Virus record (IMG/VR): IMGVR_UViG_3300025270_000077
Location: 1 to 24,155 of that record
DNA from: a virus
Lineage: Duplodnaviria; Caudoviricetes
DNA: 24,155 nucleotides
Direction: 5' to 3' (one strand)
The position numbers were made by a program, and so were the translations under genes. The notes below the pieces were generated by a model. It had not been told where the DNA came from and did no database searches. It worked only from the letters and a program-made list of their open reading frames with translations. Positions within the stretch are counted from its first letter, which is position 1. Each line of letters opens with the position of its first letter. Below, piece after piece: positions 8,876 to 17,254 of the stretch.

Positions 8876-11800
8876 ATGCCTATTAATTATAATACTCAGA
8901 CTTTTGCTGATGTTCTGAAAGATGTGAATGCACAAGTTGAAGCAGGTGTTCTGACTTCTGCTAATGCTGACGAATTTTTCAGAAGTAAGTATGACATAAC
9001 TCTTGATGAGTATGAGAATGCTGCTCAAGAAGCGGCAAAAGCTGAAAAAAGATACTATAAACGTAAAGAAGAATACAAAGATTCTCTTCTTGATATTCCT
9101 GATCAATCGGTTCCTGCTCATCTATATGAAAAAGAAGTAGCTTCTAAAAGAAACTGGCTTGAAAATATTGTTTATGATTTACCCAGAATTGTTGTTGGAG
9201 CAGCTACAACTGGTATAAAGGGAATAGGGGAATTAGCCGAAATGGTTTTGCCTGATCCTATAGTAACTGCATTTGAAGTAGGCACCGATAAAGCAGAAGA
9301 AATTCTTTCCAAAAATAAATATACAAAAGGTCTAGTTGATGCTTTCAAGCAAACTATGGATCCTCCCCTAGCTACCTCTCAACAAGTAGCAGGAGAGATA
9401 GGAGCTTTAATGACAGGAGGGATAGGAGCTACTCGTCAAATAGTAAAATATATTCCTGATATTAGACGGGGAATTGCCTCTACTCTAGGTTTTACAGGTG
9501 CTGATTTACTTATTGGCAATAAAGAACATAATACAGTTAATGCTGTTATATCTCTTTTCCCTGAATCAGAAAAAGTTTTAGACTTTGCTGCTATACATCC
9601 AGATGATAATGATGCTCAAAAGATTTTAAAGAAATCTCTGGATGCTTTAGTTGCTAACGGTGTTATTGATGCTGGAGCATGGACTGTAGGAAAATTAATT
9701 AGAACATATAAAAATATAAAGGGTCGTAATGAAGCTGTTAATGAAGAAGGAATATTAGATTTACCTACTGATACGACAGGTAGAATTAGAGGAGTAGAAG
9801 CTAAGAAAGTAAGAGATGGGGAATTTCAACATAATGTTCATATAGATCAGCCAATTAAAATTGTGACTGATGTAAAGCCAGCCAAGAAAATTAGTGAAAA
9901 TAAATTCTTGGGATGGCCTAGAACTTGGCTAACACATAATCAAGGTTTTGACAGACTAACCAGAAATGCTCTGGAAAATAAGGAAGGTCGTATACTACAA
10001 GCAGAATCTTTAGCAGCTATAAAAGGAAAAGAACTAACTAAGGTTCTGGAAAAAGAATTTGATTTAAAATTTGAAGATATTCCAGAGGAAATATTAGATG
10101 AAGTTTCGACTGCATTAGGTAATGTTCCTAGAATTGAACACGGAGCATCAGAAAAGATTTTAAAAATTTTAAATAAATCTCCAAAGAAAAGAACTAAAGC
10201 TGAGAAAACTACCTTAAATAGGAGACAGGCTCAGTTAATTAGGAATGCTTTAAAACAGCAAGAGACAGCGGCTGCTAAACTTCCTATTAAAGTTCAGGAA
10301 AAGATTGCAGAAGTTGGTGGAATTATTGATGAATATAGTAAAATATTAATTGACAAGTTTGGCTTGCCTAAATCTACCAGAGTTCAATTAGATAGACAAT
10401 TAGGATTATATGTGAAAACTGATTATGAAGTTTTTAGTAATCCAGGTTGGGTTAAAGCTTTGAAAGAAGCTACAAAAGGAAAAATGGGTGATGCTGAAGC
10501 AACTCTGGTTATACAAAATTATAAAAATTTTCTGAAGTCTCAAAATCCCAGACTAACTGATGCCGATGTTGATGCTAAAGTTGTAGAATTTATTAATAAG
10601 TTTGATTCTGGTGAAGAAGTATTTTTTGAAACATTTTCAGTAGGAACAAAAGCTGGAAATGTTTCATCCAGTGAAGGTAAAATCCTTACCAATAGAAAAG
10701 TATTAGCTGAAGAAGAAAGAGCTTTATTAAAAGAAGTTCGAGATCCTGTTCAAAGATTTATATCTACTGCAACTAAACAAGGTAAGATCTTGGCTGAAGG
10801 ACAATTCTTAAAAGATATTGAAACAATAGCTAAAGATGCTTACGGTAAGAATTTATATTATGTCAGTGGAGCAAAGAAATTAAAAGACATAGCTGGTAAA
10901 GTAACTGATGATGGTATTGAACTTACTGAAAACCTATCGGATGTAGCTGCTGCTTATTTAAAAGCTATGGGACCAAATGCTAATCCACTGGCAAAAGTAT
11001 TTACAACTAAGTCATATAAAAATAAATTAATAGAAGGATTAGAACCTAATACTGCCACAAATATTTTTATGAAAGCAATGCATGGCGCACAAGGATTTGC
11101 ATCCGGTTCTAAAACTATATTATCAGAAGCAACTCATTTAATTAATATTAAAGGTAACTTTGTTTTTACAGCAGCCAATGGTAATTTTATTCCTCATTTT
11201 AAACCTCGTAAATATATAAAAGGAGATAAAACTCCTACCGCAGATACTCTGGCAGATTCTGTACGAGCAACTGTAGAGGCAATGCCTAATTTAAACAGGT
11301 TAATAAAAGTAGAAGGCTCTGATATTAGTATTAATCTTGATGCTTTTAGAGAGACTCAACAACTTGGATTAGTTGATGCCAGTATATCTGCTGAGTTCTT
11401 TTTGCGATCTTTAAAAGAGGCTTATAAAGAACCTAAAAATAAATTATTAAAAAAGCTAGATTCAATTTATAAAAAATTAGGAACTGTATATAGGAATGAG
11501 GATGCAGTTTTTAAAGTCCTTAACTGGTTTGAAGAAATGAAAAGGTATAGGCAAGCTTTTCCAGATGACCCTAATAGTAAGTTCTACATGCCAGAAAATG
11601 AATTAAAGGTTTATGCTGCTGAAGTTGTAAAAAATACTCATCCTGTTTATAGCCGTGTTCCCAGAATTTTAAAAGCAACAAGGGCTGTTCCTCTTATTGG
11701 AGCCTTTCCTTCTTTTCTTGTTGAGAGTATAAGAGCAGGAAAAGGAACAATAATGACAGGTCTTACAGACTTTGGGAAAGGATTGAAAACACGTAATTTA

Positions 11801-12955
11801 GGTTTAATGAAAGCAGGTGCTACCAGATTAGCGGCAACAGGAGCAACAGTTGCTACATATATGGGATATATGTGGCATAATAAATTAAAGCATGGTATAA
11901 CATCAAATGATGATATGGTTCTTGAACAGAATTCTCCTGCCTACGAGACAGGTTCAATTAGAAACTATCAAAATAGTTTTCATATGAATAAAAAAGGAGA
12001 TATTGAAGTAACATATGTTAATGAAAGTCGAATAAACCCACATGATGCCTTATCTAAAGGCTCACAACTAGCTTATAAATTTATGTTTTCTCCGGGTGTG
12101 AAAAATCAAAAAGATTATGATACTATAGCTGAACAAATCGGACTTATTTTTCAACCTCTTTTAACTCCTTCTTTGGTAATGAAGCCTTTAATTAATGTAG
12201 TAACAGGGAAAAAGAATGATAGGTCTTTATATCTAGAAGGCGATCATTTTGGACAGAGAGTTTTGAAAGATTTAGGAGAATTAGCAACTACATATGGTCC
12301 TCAAACACTAATAGATTTACAAAAACTTTATGATTCTTGGAGATCTGAACAGGATTTAAATGAACCTGGAAAAAATAAATGGGGATATCCAGACAGATTT
12401 GAAGATAGGTTAAGAAGATTTGCTGGTATAACTCAAACTACTTTTAATTTTAATAGGGCATTACAAGGTAAAGTAAGTAGGTTATCAGGAAGTATACAGA
12501 GAGTCCAAAAAGATTTTAGTAGTTTTCTAAGATCTCTTCAATCAGGAAGAAATTGGAAAAATCCTGAAGTTCAAGAAGAATTTTTTAATGAGGTAGGTGA
12601 ATATTTAAATAATTCATATAATGCTCAACAGAATTTAGCTGATCATTTATATGATTCAAAAAAATTACATTACTATGAAGATAGAGTAAGAAAGAAAGTT
12701 GATAATGAATTGTTATTAAATATTTTATCTGATAGAGGTATGAAAAAAATAGATAAAAACTTTGATTATTCTATTGTTCATAATGCTGTAAAACATGGAG
12801 TAGGCTTATTTAGACCTCCCTCTATTGGTAAAACATTAAGAAATCAATTGATAGCTAGATACAATGTACCTTCTGAAATTGTTAATAAATTAGAAGCGGA
12901 GTTAACTAATTTTGCAAGACAGGCCATACCCCTCTTGAAAATAGAAGAAGAATAA
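8876..12955 (+). CDS. Large internal virion (ejection) protein
   Basis: 1359 aa, predicted mostly helical. 'Y..ED..FK...W..E' and 'P.YS.VP..LK..R..P.IG.F.SF..E..R' motifs are seen in large podovirus core proteins. Last gene of the structural block. Confidence 0.65.
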   Translation: MPINYNTQTFADVLKDVNAQVEAGVLTSANADEFFRSKYDITLDEYENAAQEAAKAEKRYYKRKEEYKDSLLDIPDQSVPAHLYEKEVASKRNWLENIVYDLPRIVVGAATTGIKGIGELAEMVLPDPIVTAFEVGTDKAEEILSKNKYTKGLVDAFKQTMDPPLATSQQVAGEIGALMTGGIGATRQIVKYIPDIRRGIASTLGFTGADLLIGNKEHNTVNAVISLFPESEKVLDFAAIHPDDNDAQKILKKSLDALVANGVIDAGAWTVGKLIRTYKNIKGRNEAVNEEGILDLPTDTTGRIRGVEAKKVRDGEFQHNVHIDQPIKIVTDVKPAKKISENKFLGWPRTWLTHNQGFDRLTRNALENKEGRILQAESLAAIKGKELTKVLEKEFDLKFEDIPEEILDEVSTALGNVPRIEHGASEKILKILNKSPKKRTKAEKTTLNRRQAQLIRNALKQQETAAAKLPIKVQEKIAEVGGIIDEYSKILIDKFGLPKSTRVQLDRQLGLYVKTDYEVFSNPGWVKALKEATKGKMGDAEATLVIQNYKNFLKSQNPRLTDADVDAKVVEFINKFDSGEEVFFETFSVGTKAGNVSSSEGKILTNRKVLAEEERALLKEVRDPVQRFISTATKQGKILAEGQFLKDIETIAKDAYGKNLYYVSGAKKLKDIAGKVTDDGIELTENLSDVAAAYLKAMGPNANPLAKVFTTKSYKNKLIEGLEPNTATNIFMKAMHGAQGFASGSKTILSEATHLINIKGNFVFTAANGNFIPHFKPRKYIKGDKTPTADTLADSVRATVEAMPNLNRLIKVEGSDISINLDAFRETQQLGLVDASISAEFFLRSLKEAYKEPKNKLLKKLDSIYKKLGTVYRNEDAVFKVLNWFEEMKRYRQAFPDDPNSKFYMPENELKVYAAEVVKNTHPVYSRVPRILKATRAVPLIGAFPSFLVESIRAGKGTIMTGLTDFGKGLKTRNLGLMKAGATRLAATGATVATYMGYMWHNKLKHGITSNDDMVLEQNSPAYETGSIRNYQNSFHMNKKGDIEVTYVNESRINPHDALSKGSQLAYKFMFSPGVKNQKDYDTIAEQIGLIFQPLLTPSLVMKPLINVVTGKKNDRSLYLEGDHFGQRVLKDLGELATTYGPQTLIDLQKLYDSWRSEQDLNEPGKNKWGYPDRFEDRLRRFAGITQTTFNFNRALQGKVSRLSGSIQRVQKDFSSFLRSLQSGRNWKNPEVQEEFFNEVGEYLNNSYNAQQNLADHLYDSKKLHYYEDRVRKKVDNELLLNILSDRGMKKIDKNFDYSIVHNAVKHGVGLFRPPSIGKTLRNQLIARYNVPSEIVNKLEAELTNFARQAIPLLKIEEE

Positions 12956-13314
12956 TGCTGGAACTAGGACCAAGAGAACTCCTGACATTCGGGATAGTGC
13001 TGGCTGGTATAGCTACTACATGGGGAGTATTGAAAGCTACCATCAGATCCATTATCAAACAATTGGATGATATGAAAGAAAACCAAACAGAATTATTTAC
13101 CAGGATAGATAAGGTAGAAGCTAGACAAGCTGTTGCCTTATCTTCTATTGATGTGATGGCAAAGGATATACTCTCACCTCAGATCCTGAAAGAACGTTCT
13201 GAAAGAGATGGAGCTATAGAAACAAGGCTTGCATCTCTAGAAAATGAAATAGAAAGGTTTCATAGAATGCATAATGGTAATCACCCTCCAGTACATAATG
13301 GAGAACAAGAGTAA
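12955..13314 (+). CDS. Single-TM, coiled-coil membrane protein (candidate lysis accessory)
   Basis: N-terminal hydrophobic helix LLTFGIVLAGIATTWGVL followed by coiled-coil-like heptads. TAATG-coupled on both sides and directly upstream of the endolysin. Confidence 0.5.
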   Translation: MLELGPRELLTFGIVLAGIATTWGVLKATIRSIIKQLDDMKENQTELFTRIDKVEARQAVALSSIDVMAKDILSPQILKERSERDGAIETRLASLENEIERFHRMHNGNHPPVHNGEQE

Positions 13315-13691
13315 TGTGGGAATATTTTACAAAAGATGAATTAAAATGTAAAGGTACAGATGAATGTAACATGGATGAAGATTTCATGTCTAAACTGATA
13401 GCTTTACGAAAAGAGTTTAATGAACCTATGGTAATCAGTTCTGGTTACAGACATGAATCTTATAATCAGGTTATAGGAGGGGCCAGGAACTCTCCGCATC
13501 TGTATGGGAAGGCAGTAGATGTACTGGTCAGTGGCAGGACTGCCTACAGGTTAATGAAGATGGCTATGCAACATGGCTTTACTGGTATAGGGATCTCTCA
13601 AAGAGGATCACATGAGAAGAGGTTTCTGCACATAGATACGATGGAGAGTAGTGAAGTGCATCCCAGACCTTGGGTATGGAGTTATAAGTAA
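13314..13691 (+). CDS. Peptidase M15 family (Zn D-Ala-D-Ala/L-Ala-D-Glu peptidase) endolysin
   Basis: 'YF...EL.C', 'ISSGYR', 'N..IGGA.NS.H..GKAVD' (HxxxxxxD) and 'FLHID' zinc-ligand motifs. Confidence 0.9.
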   Translation: MWEYFTKDELKCKGTDECNMDEDFMSKLIALRKEFNEPMVISSGYRHESYNQVIGGARNSPHLYGKAVDVLVSGRTAYRLMKMAMQHGFTGIGISQRGSHEKRFLHIDTMESSEVHPRPWVWSYK

Positions 13692-14498
13692 GTGGCTAAC
13701 GTATTTGACAGAGCAGTAGAAGCAGGACTTGCTGGTCTAAGAGAGATTCCTTCTCCTTTTGAGGTAGCTCGTAAGCTTGGATTGAATATTCCTACTGGGG
13801 AAGATATAGAAGATATTCTTTCTATTATTGGTCCTCAAGCAGATATTAAAGCTATGGTTGAAGAATCTGCTAAAGTAGTTCCTGCTTTTAAAAAAGGAGA
13901 TTATTCAGAAGCTATTAGCAGTCTTGGTTTAGCTGCTCTAGCTCCTTTTATGATAGGTATTCCGGGAACTGTCTCTGGAATAAGAAAAGGTAGTCAAGAA
14001 TTTGTTGATGTGGTTGAGATACCTTATAGGAGAAGAACGATTTTTTTACGTTTTGAGGCAGATGGTAAGGGTAATTTTGGTGTTAGTTCTTGGTCTGATA
14101 AACATTTATTACATCGAGCTGACCAAGCTCGATACGATGACCGTATTTTTAAAAGCGAAGAAGAATTTATAAAGTTTTATAACAGATCTAAAAAGAAAGA
14201 AATAAAGGAGCCATCTTCTCAACCTGAAGGTCTAGCTAGTTTAGGTGAACCATCATCAGTAGAACAGGCTGTACAGAAAAATGTAAAAAACTATAAGGCT
14301 AAAAAAATAAACCCCGGACAATATAAATATAGAGGGTATGAAATTTATAATCCTGCTACTGATGATATTGATGATTATACACATTGGAATATAACTCCAC
14401 CTGGAGAGACAAGCCCTACTGATGCAACGAATACTCTATGGCAAGCTAAAGAACTTATAGATCGTTATTTGGTAGATCTGGGAGAGAAGTAAGTGGCT
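13686..14498 (+). repeat. 12-bp direct repeat AAGTAAGTGGCT at two consecutive gene junctions
   Basis: Exact copies at 13686-13697 and 14487-14498. Each comprises Lys codon + TAA stop + GTG start + Ala codon. Confidence 0.85.
13692..14492 (+). CDS. Hypothetical multi-domain protein
   Basis: 266-aa ORF whose GTG start abuts the endolysin stop, with GGAG upstream. Hydrophobic helix around aa 74-93. Confidence 0.7.
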   Translation: MANVFDRAVEAGLAGLREIPSPFEVARKLGLNIPTGEDIEDILSIIGPQADIKAMVEESAKVVPAFKKGDYSEAISSLGLAALAPFMIGIPGTVSGIRKGSQEFVDVVEIPYRRRTIFLRFEADGKGNFGVSSWSDKHLLHRADQARYDDRIFKSEEEFIKFYNRSKKKEIKEPSSQPEGLASLGEPSSVEQAVQKNVKNYKAKKINPGQYKYRGYEIYNPATDDIDDYTHWNITPPGETSPTDATNTLWQAKELIDRYLVDLGEK

Positions 14499-15800
14499 GA
14501 TAAAAGACCTACCAAGACTAAGCTGCCAGAGACAAAGATAGATCTGGAACTTCCTACTTCCAAGGGAGAACTTGTCCCTTATAAGAAACCTGAAGGAGGT
14601 TTAAGTGATACTCCTCAAGGTAAGAGAGCGACAAGAAAAATAGCTAAAAGTAGAGGATCAGCTAAACGTAGAGCATTATCAGCACTGCTGGAACTTTTAA
14701 TTGGTGCAGCAGTTGATACAGAACCTCTGCCGGGTCCAGAGATAGATAGAAGAACAGTTCTGAGAGGAATAGGACATGGTTTAACTTCTTTAGTAACTCC
14801 TGATATTCCTTTTAAATTAGGAACTACCCCTACCCCTACCCCTACTCCTAAACCTGAACTTTTAGAACTGGGAATAGAAGTATTAGGAAAACAATTAGGA
14901 AGTGATCGTATGCTGGGTATACCTTCATGGATGCATAAGATAAAAGATAATGTAAACTGGATGGAATTTCGTGATGACTTAAATGATAGACAGAGACAAT
15001 TTCAAGGAACAGCAACAGGACAAAAACCTGATATGGGCCAATATGAGTATCTTGATGTCGAAGGTCCAGAGTGGGGGAAAGAAGTTATAAAAACAATTTT
15101 AGGCCCAGAAAGAAGTGATATTTATCCTCCAGAAGGAAAGAAAGGACTTCAGTTAAGAAAAGATTTTCCAGATACTCCAACTTCAAATAGATATGAACAA
15201 CGTAAAGCTATTAATTCTACTTTAAAAGAAGTTGTTGATACTATTTATTCTCCTCATACTCCAAAAAAGATAATGGATAGAATGAGAAATAATTCTTTTG
15301 GGGCTGAAATATTAAATAAAAAAGAACAAGGAGTATCTCAAAAAGAAATATATGAACTACTATCTAAGAATAATCCTAGTTTTAATAAAAATCTAAATTG
15401 GCATGAAAGTGTAAGTCTAATTAAAACTGAACCTCATAGCGTTCTTGGTGAAGTTAAATTTAAACGTATAAAAGGTAGTACTCAAATACCATTTAAAGGT
15501 TCTAAAACAAAACAGGGAAAGGTACTATCGGAACCATTTATTCCTACCAAAGCTCTTGAGTTTATTGGTTTACATAATATTCATAAAACGAGAAATATTG
15601 TAGAAGATGTGACATCCTCTAACAAAAGGGTTACTCTAGAAAAATTTGGTTTAGATGAAACAAGCCGTCCAATCGATCCAGAAACAGGAGAAAGAATCCC
15701 TCACTTATTTGATGATAAAGAAACTCTTCGTGAGAAGCATAAGCAGATGGAAGATTTTCGTAAGATACATAAAAATATTCCTGGGGCTTATAAGAAGTAA
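14493..15800 (+). CDS. Hypothetical protein with Pro-Thr linker
   Basis: 435-aa ORF whose GTG start abuts the previous stop, with a GGGAG RBS. Confidence 0.75.
   Translation: MADKRPTKTKLPETKIDLELPTSKGELVPYKKPEGGLSDTPQGKRATRKIAKSRGSAKRRALSALLELLIGAAVDTEPLPGPEIDRRTVLRGIGHGLTSLVTPDIPFKLGTTPTPTPTPKPELLELGIEVLGKQLGSDRMLGIPSWMHKIKDNVNWMEFRDDLNDRQRQFQGTATGQKPDMGQYEYLDVEGPEWGKEVIKTILGPERSDIYPPEGKKGLQLRKDFPDTPTSNRYEQRKAINSTLKEVVDTIYSPHTPKKIMDRMRNNSFGAEILNKKEQGVSQKEIYELLSKNNPSFNKNLNWHESVSLIKTEPHSVLGEVKFKRIKGSTQIPFKGSKTKQGKVLSEPFIPTKALEFIGLHNIHKTRNIVEDVTSSNKRVTLEKFGLDETSRPIDPETGERIPHLFDDKETLREKHKQMEDFRKIHKNIPGAYKK
14826..14855 (+). repeat. Hexamer microsatellite (ACCCCT)x3 plus two degenerate units encoding TPTPTPTPKP
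   Basis: ACCCCT ACCCCT ACCCCT ACTCCT AAACCT read directly. Confidence 0.85.
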
Positions 15801-15833
15801 AATAGCTAAATCAATCCTACGGGCCATACAGCC

Positions 15834-16355
15834 TCATACAGGAGAATCGGCCTCTTCAGGCAGGGGTAGGTCCAGAGCCTCTTCAGAAGGCCCCTCAGTG
15901 ACGCTCTCTGTCCCTCCATTTTGGTCATAATCCTCTAAAAATAAGTTGTCAGCGAAATTACACTTGGTTAACAGATTAATCACCTTATTCTCACCTAAAA
16001 CATTCAGACATCCTACAATAGCATCTTCCAAAGTTTCCTCATCCATATTAATATTAACATCTGAACTTGATCCTCTGACTCTGGACAATAATTCAAGAGC
16101 TTTGATTGCACTGTTCGTATGTCCGTTCTCCTTGGCATAGGTATATTGTTTCTCTATCTCGCTGATAACATCTACATTGGTTTCTAACTCTTGCTCAAGA
16201 TGATGTATCCGGTCTGAGATTTCTTCGCTTTGAAGAAGTCTGTACCCTTGATTGTTAGCTGATGCTTCTGCATATCCTGCTGTTCTGGCTGCTTCAGAAG
16301 CATTTCGATGCAACACATAAGCTTGTGCAAATTTTTCCTGTTTATCATTTAACAT
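15834..16355 (-). CDS. terS: Terminase small subunit
   Basis: N-terminal HTH signature 'LNDKQEKFAQAY....NASEAARTAGY...SA...GYRLL' and 'AIKALELL'. Acidic C-terminal tail. Confidence 0.8.
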   Translation of the reverse strand: MLNDKQEKFAQAYVLHRNASEAARTAGYAEASANNQGYRLLQSEEISDRIHHLEQELETNVDVISEIEKQYTYAKENGHTNSAIKALELLSRVRGSSSDVNINMDEETLEDAIVGCLNVLGENKVINLLTKCNFADNLFLEDYDQNGGTESVTEGPSEEALDLPLPEEADSPV

Positions 16356-16599
16356 AGTAAGATACTAACCCATTAAGTAATAGTGCAAGTGAAATAGCAT
16401 TAACAACAAGTAATGCTCGATCATTCCAAAGTAATGCTACAATAAACCAGCCTGATAATCCTGCTGCATAGAAGAATAGATTAAGTGGATATATATTATT
16501 ACTTGTCAGTATTACTGATATAACAATAATAATAGAGGCAATCCACTTAACATACCAGTCAAGAGTATGTATTGGTGTTTGTTTTTCTAGTACAGTCAT
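16345..16599 (-). CDS. DUF6552-like small membrane protein (about 3 TM)
   Basis: 'DWYVKWIAS...LTS.NIYP.NL...GW..V..LW.DRAL...N'. Start moved to ATG 16599, which gives an ATGA overlap with the iscA-like stop. Confidence 0.65.
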   Translation of the reverse strand: MTVLEKQTPIHTLDWYVKWIASIIIVISVILTSNNIYPLNLFFYAAGLSGWFIVALLWNDRALLVVNAISLALLLNGLVSYYVK

Positions 16600-16928
16600 G
16601 ATACCTGAAAGCTCTCCCCACATCCACACATAGATTCTACATTAGGATTATCAATCATAAGACGTTGACCAAAGATATCCTTCTTATAGTCCACCGTCAT
16701 TCCTGCTACATAAATACTAGAGATATTATCGATGACAAGCTTACCTGTATCCAGATCTATAATGAAGTCATCAATAATATCATCGAACTCTTCCTCAGTA
16801 ACAAGCTGCCAATCATAGGTAAAACCAGAGCATCCTCCACTATTAACTGCCAATCGAATAGCAGCTACCTTATTCTCTGCAACAACAGAGGATAGATGTA
16901 TGTCTGCATTGTCAGTTATCTTTATCAT
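16596..16928 (-). CDS. iscA: A-type iron-sulfur cluster carrier (HesB/IscA/ErpA family)
   Basis: 'IRLAV.SGGCSGF.Y', 'G.TVDY', 'NPN....CGCGESF' with all three conserved Cys. Confidence 0.92.
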   Translation of the reverse strand: MIKITDNADIHLSSVVAENKVAAIRLAVNSGGCSGFTYDWQLVTEEEFDDIIDDFIIDLDTGKLVIDNISSIYVAGMTVDYKKDIFGQRLMIDNPNVESMCGCGESFQVS

Positions 16929-17145
16929 CTGTAGTATTTAACCTCAACCATTCAGCAGAGTAAGTAAAACCTTTACCCCACAGCCCATTGTTCCAAAGAA
17001 AAGCTTCTTCTTTAGCTTCTTGTTTTGTTGCAAACGTATCCCATAATTCTGGTTCCCCAGTAAAATGATTTATAATAACATGAAAACCAAATGGTTCAAG
17101 AAAATGGTAATCCTGTACTTCAGCCCATCCATTATTTTTTGTCAT
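16912..17145 (-). CDS. Hypothetical protein
   Basis: 77-aa ORF overlapping both neighbours in the coupled operon. AAGGAAG upstream. Confidence 0.55.
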   Translation of the reverse strand: MTKNNGWAEVQDYHFLEPFGFHVIINHFTGEPELWDTFATKQEAKEEAFLWNNGLWGKGFTYSAEWLRLNTTDDKDN

Positions 17146-17254
17146 TTTTTGGTACTTCCTTTACCAATCCTTTACCCGACAGGTATTTAGGAGGAGGCTT
17201 TCCTTCTAACTGACCATCAAGCCATTTGAGCCATTTGAAAAACCATTTAATCAT
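17132..17254 (-). CDS. Unannotated 40-aa Trp/Lys-rich peptide
   Basis: Manual translation MIKWFFKWLKWLDGQLEGKPPPKYLSGKGLVKEVPKNDKK*. ATGA overlap with the holin stop, and it exactly bridges the gap to the next gene. Confidence 0.65.
   Translation of the reverse strand: MIKWFFKWLKWLDGQLEGKPPPKYLSGKGLVKEVPKNDKK

Noticed and set aside
2121-9121. Shadow ORFs 2121-2330(-), 3240-3497(-), 5929-6189(+), 8600-8812(-), 8831-9121(-)
   Set aside because: They overlap well-supported long genes. Their Phe/Ser/Leu-rich or repeated content is explained by the antisense or shifted reading of Lys/Glu-rich or repeat-containing coding sequence.
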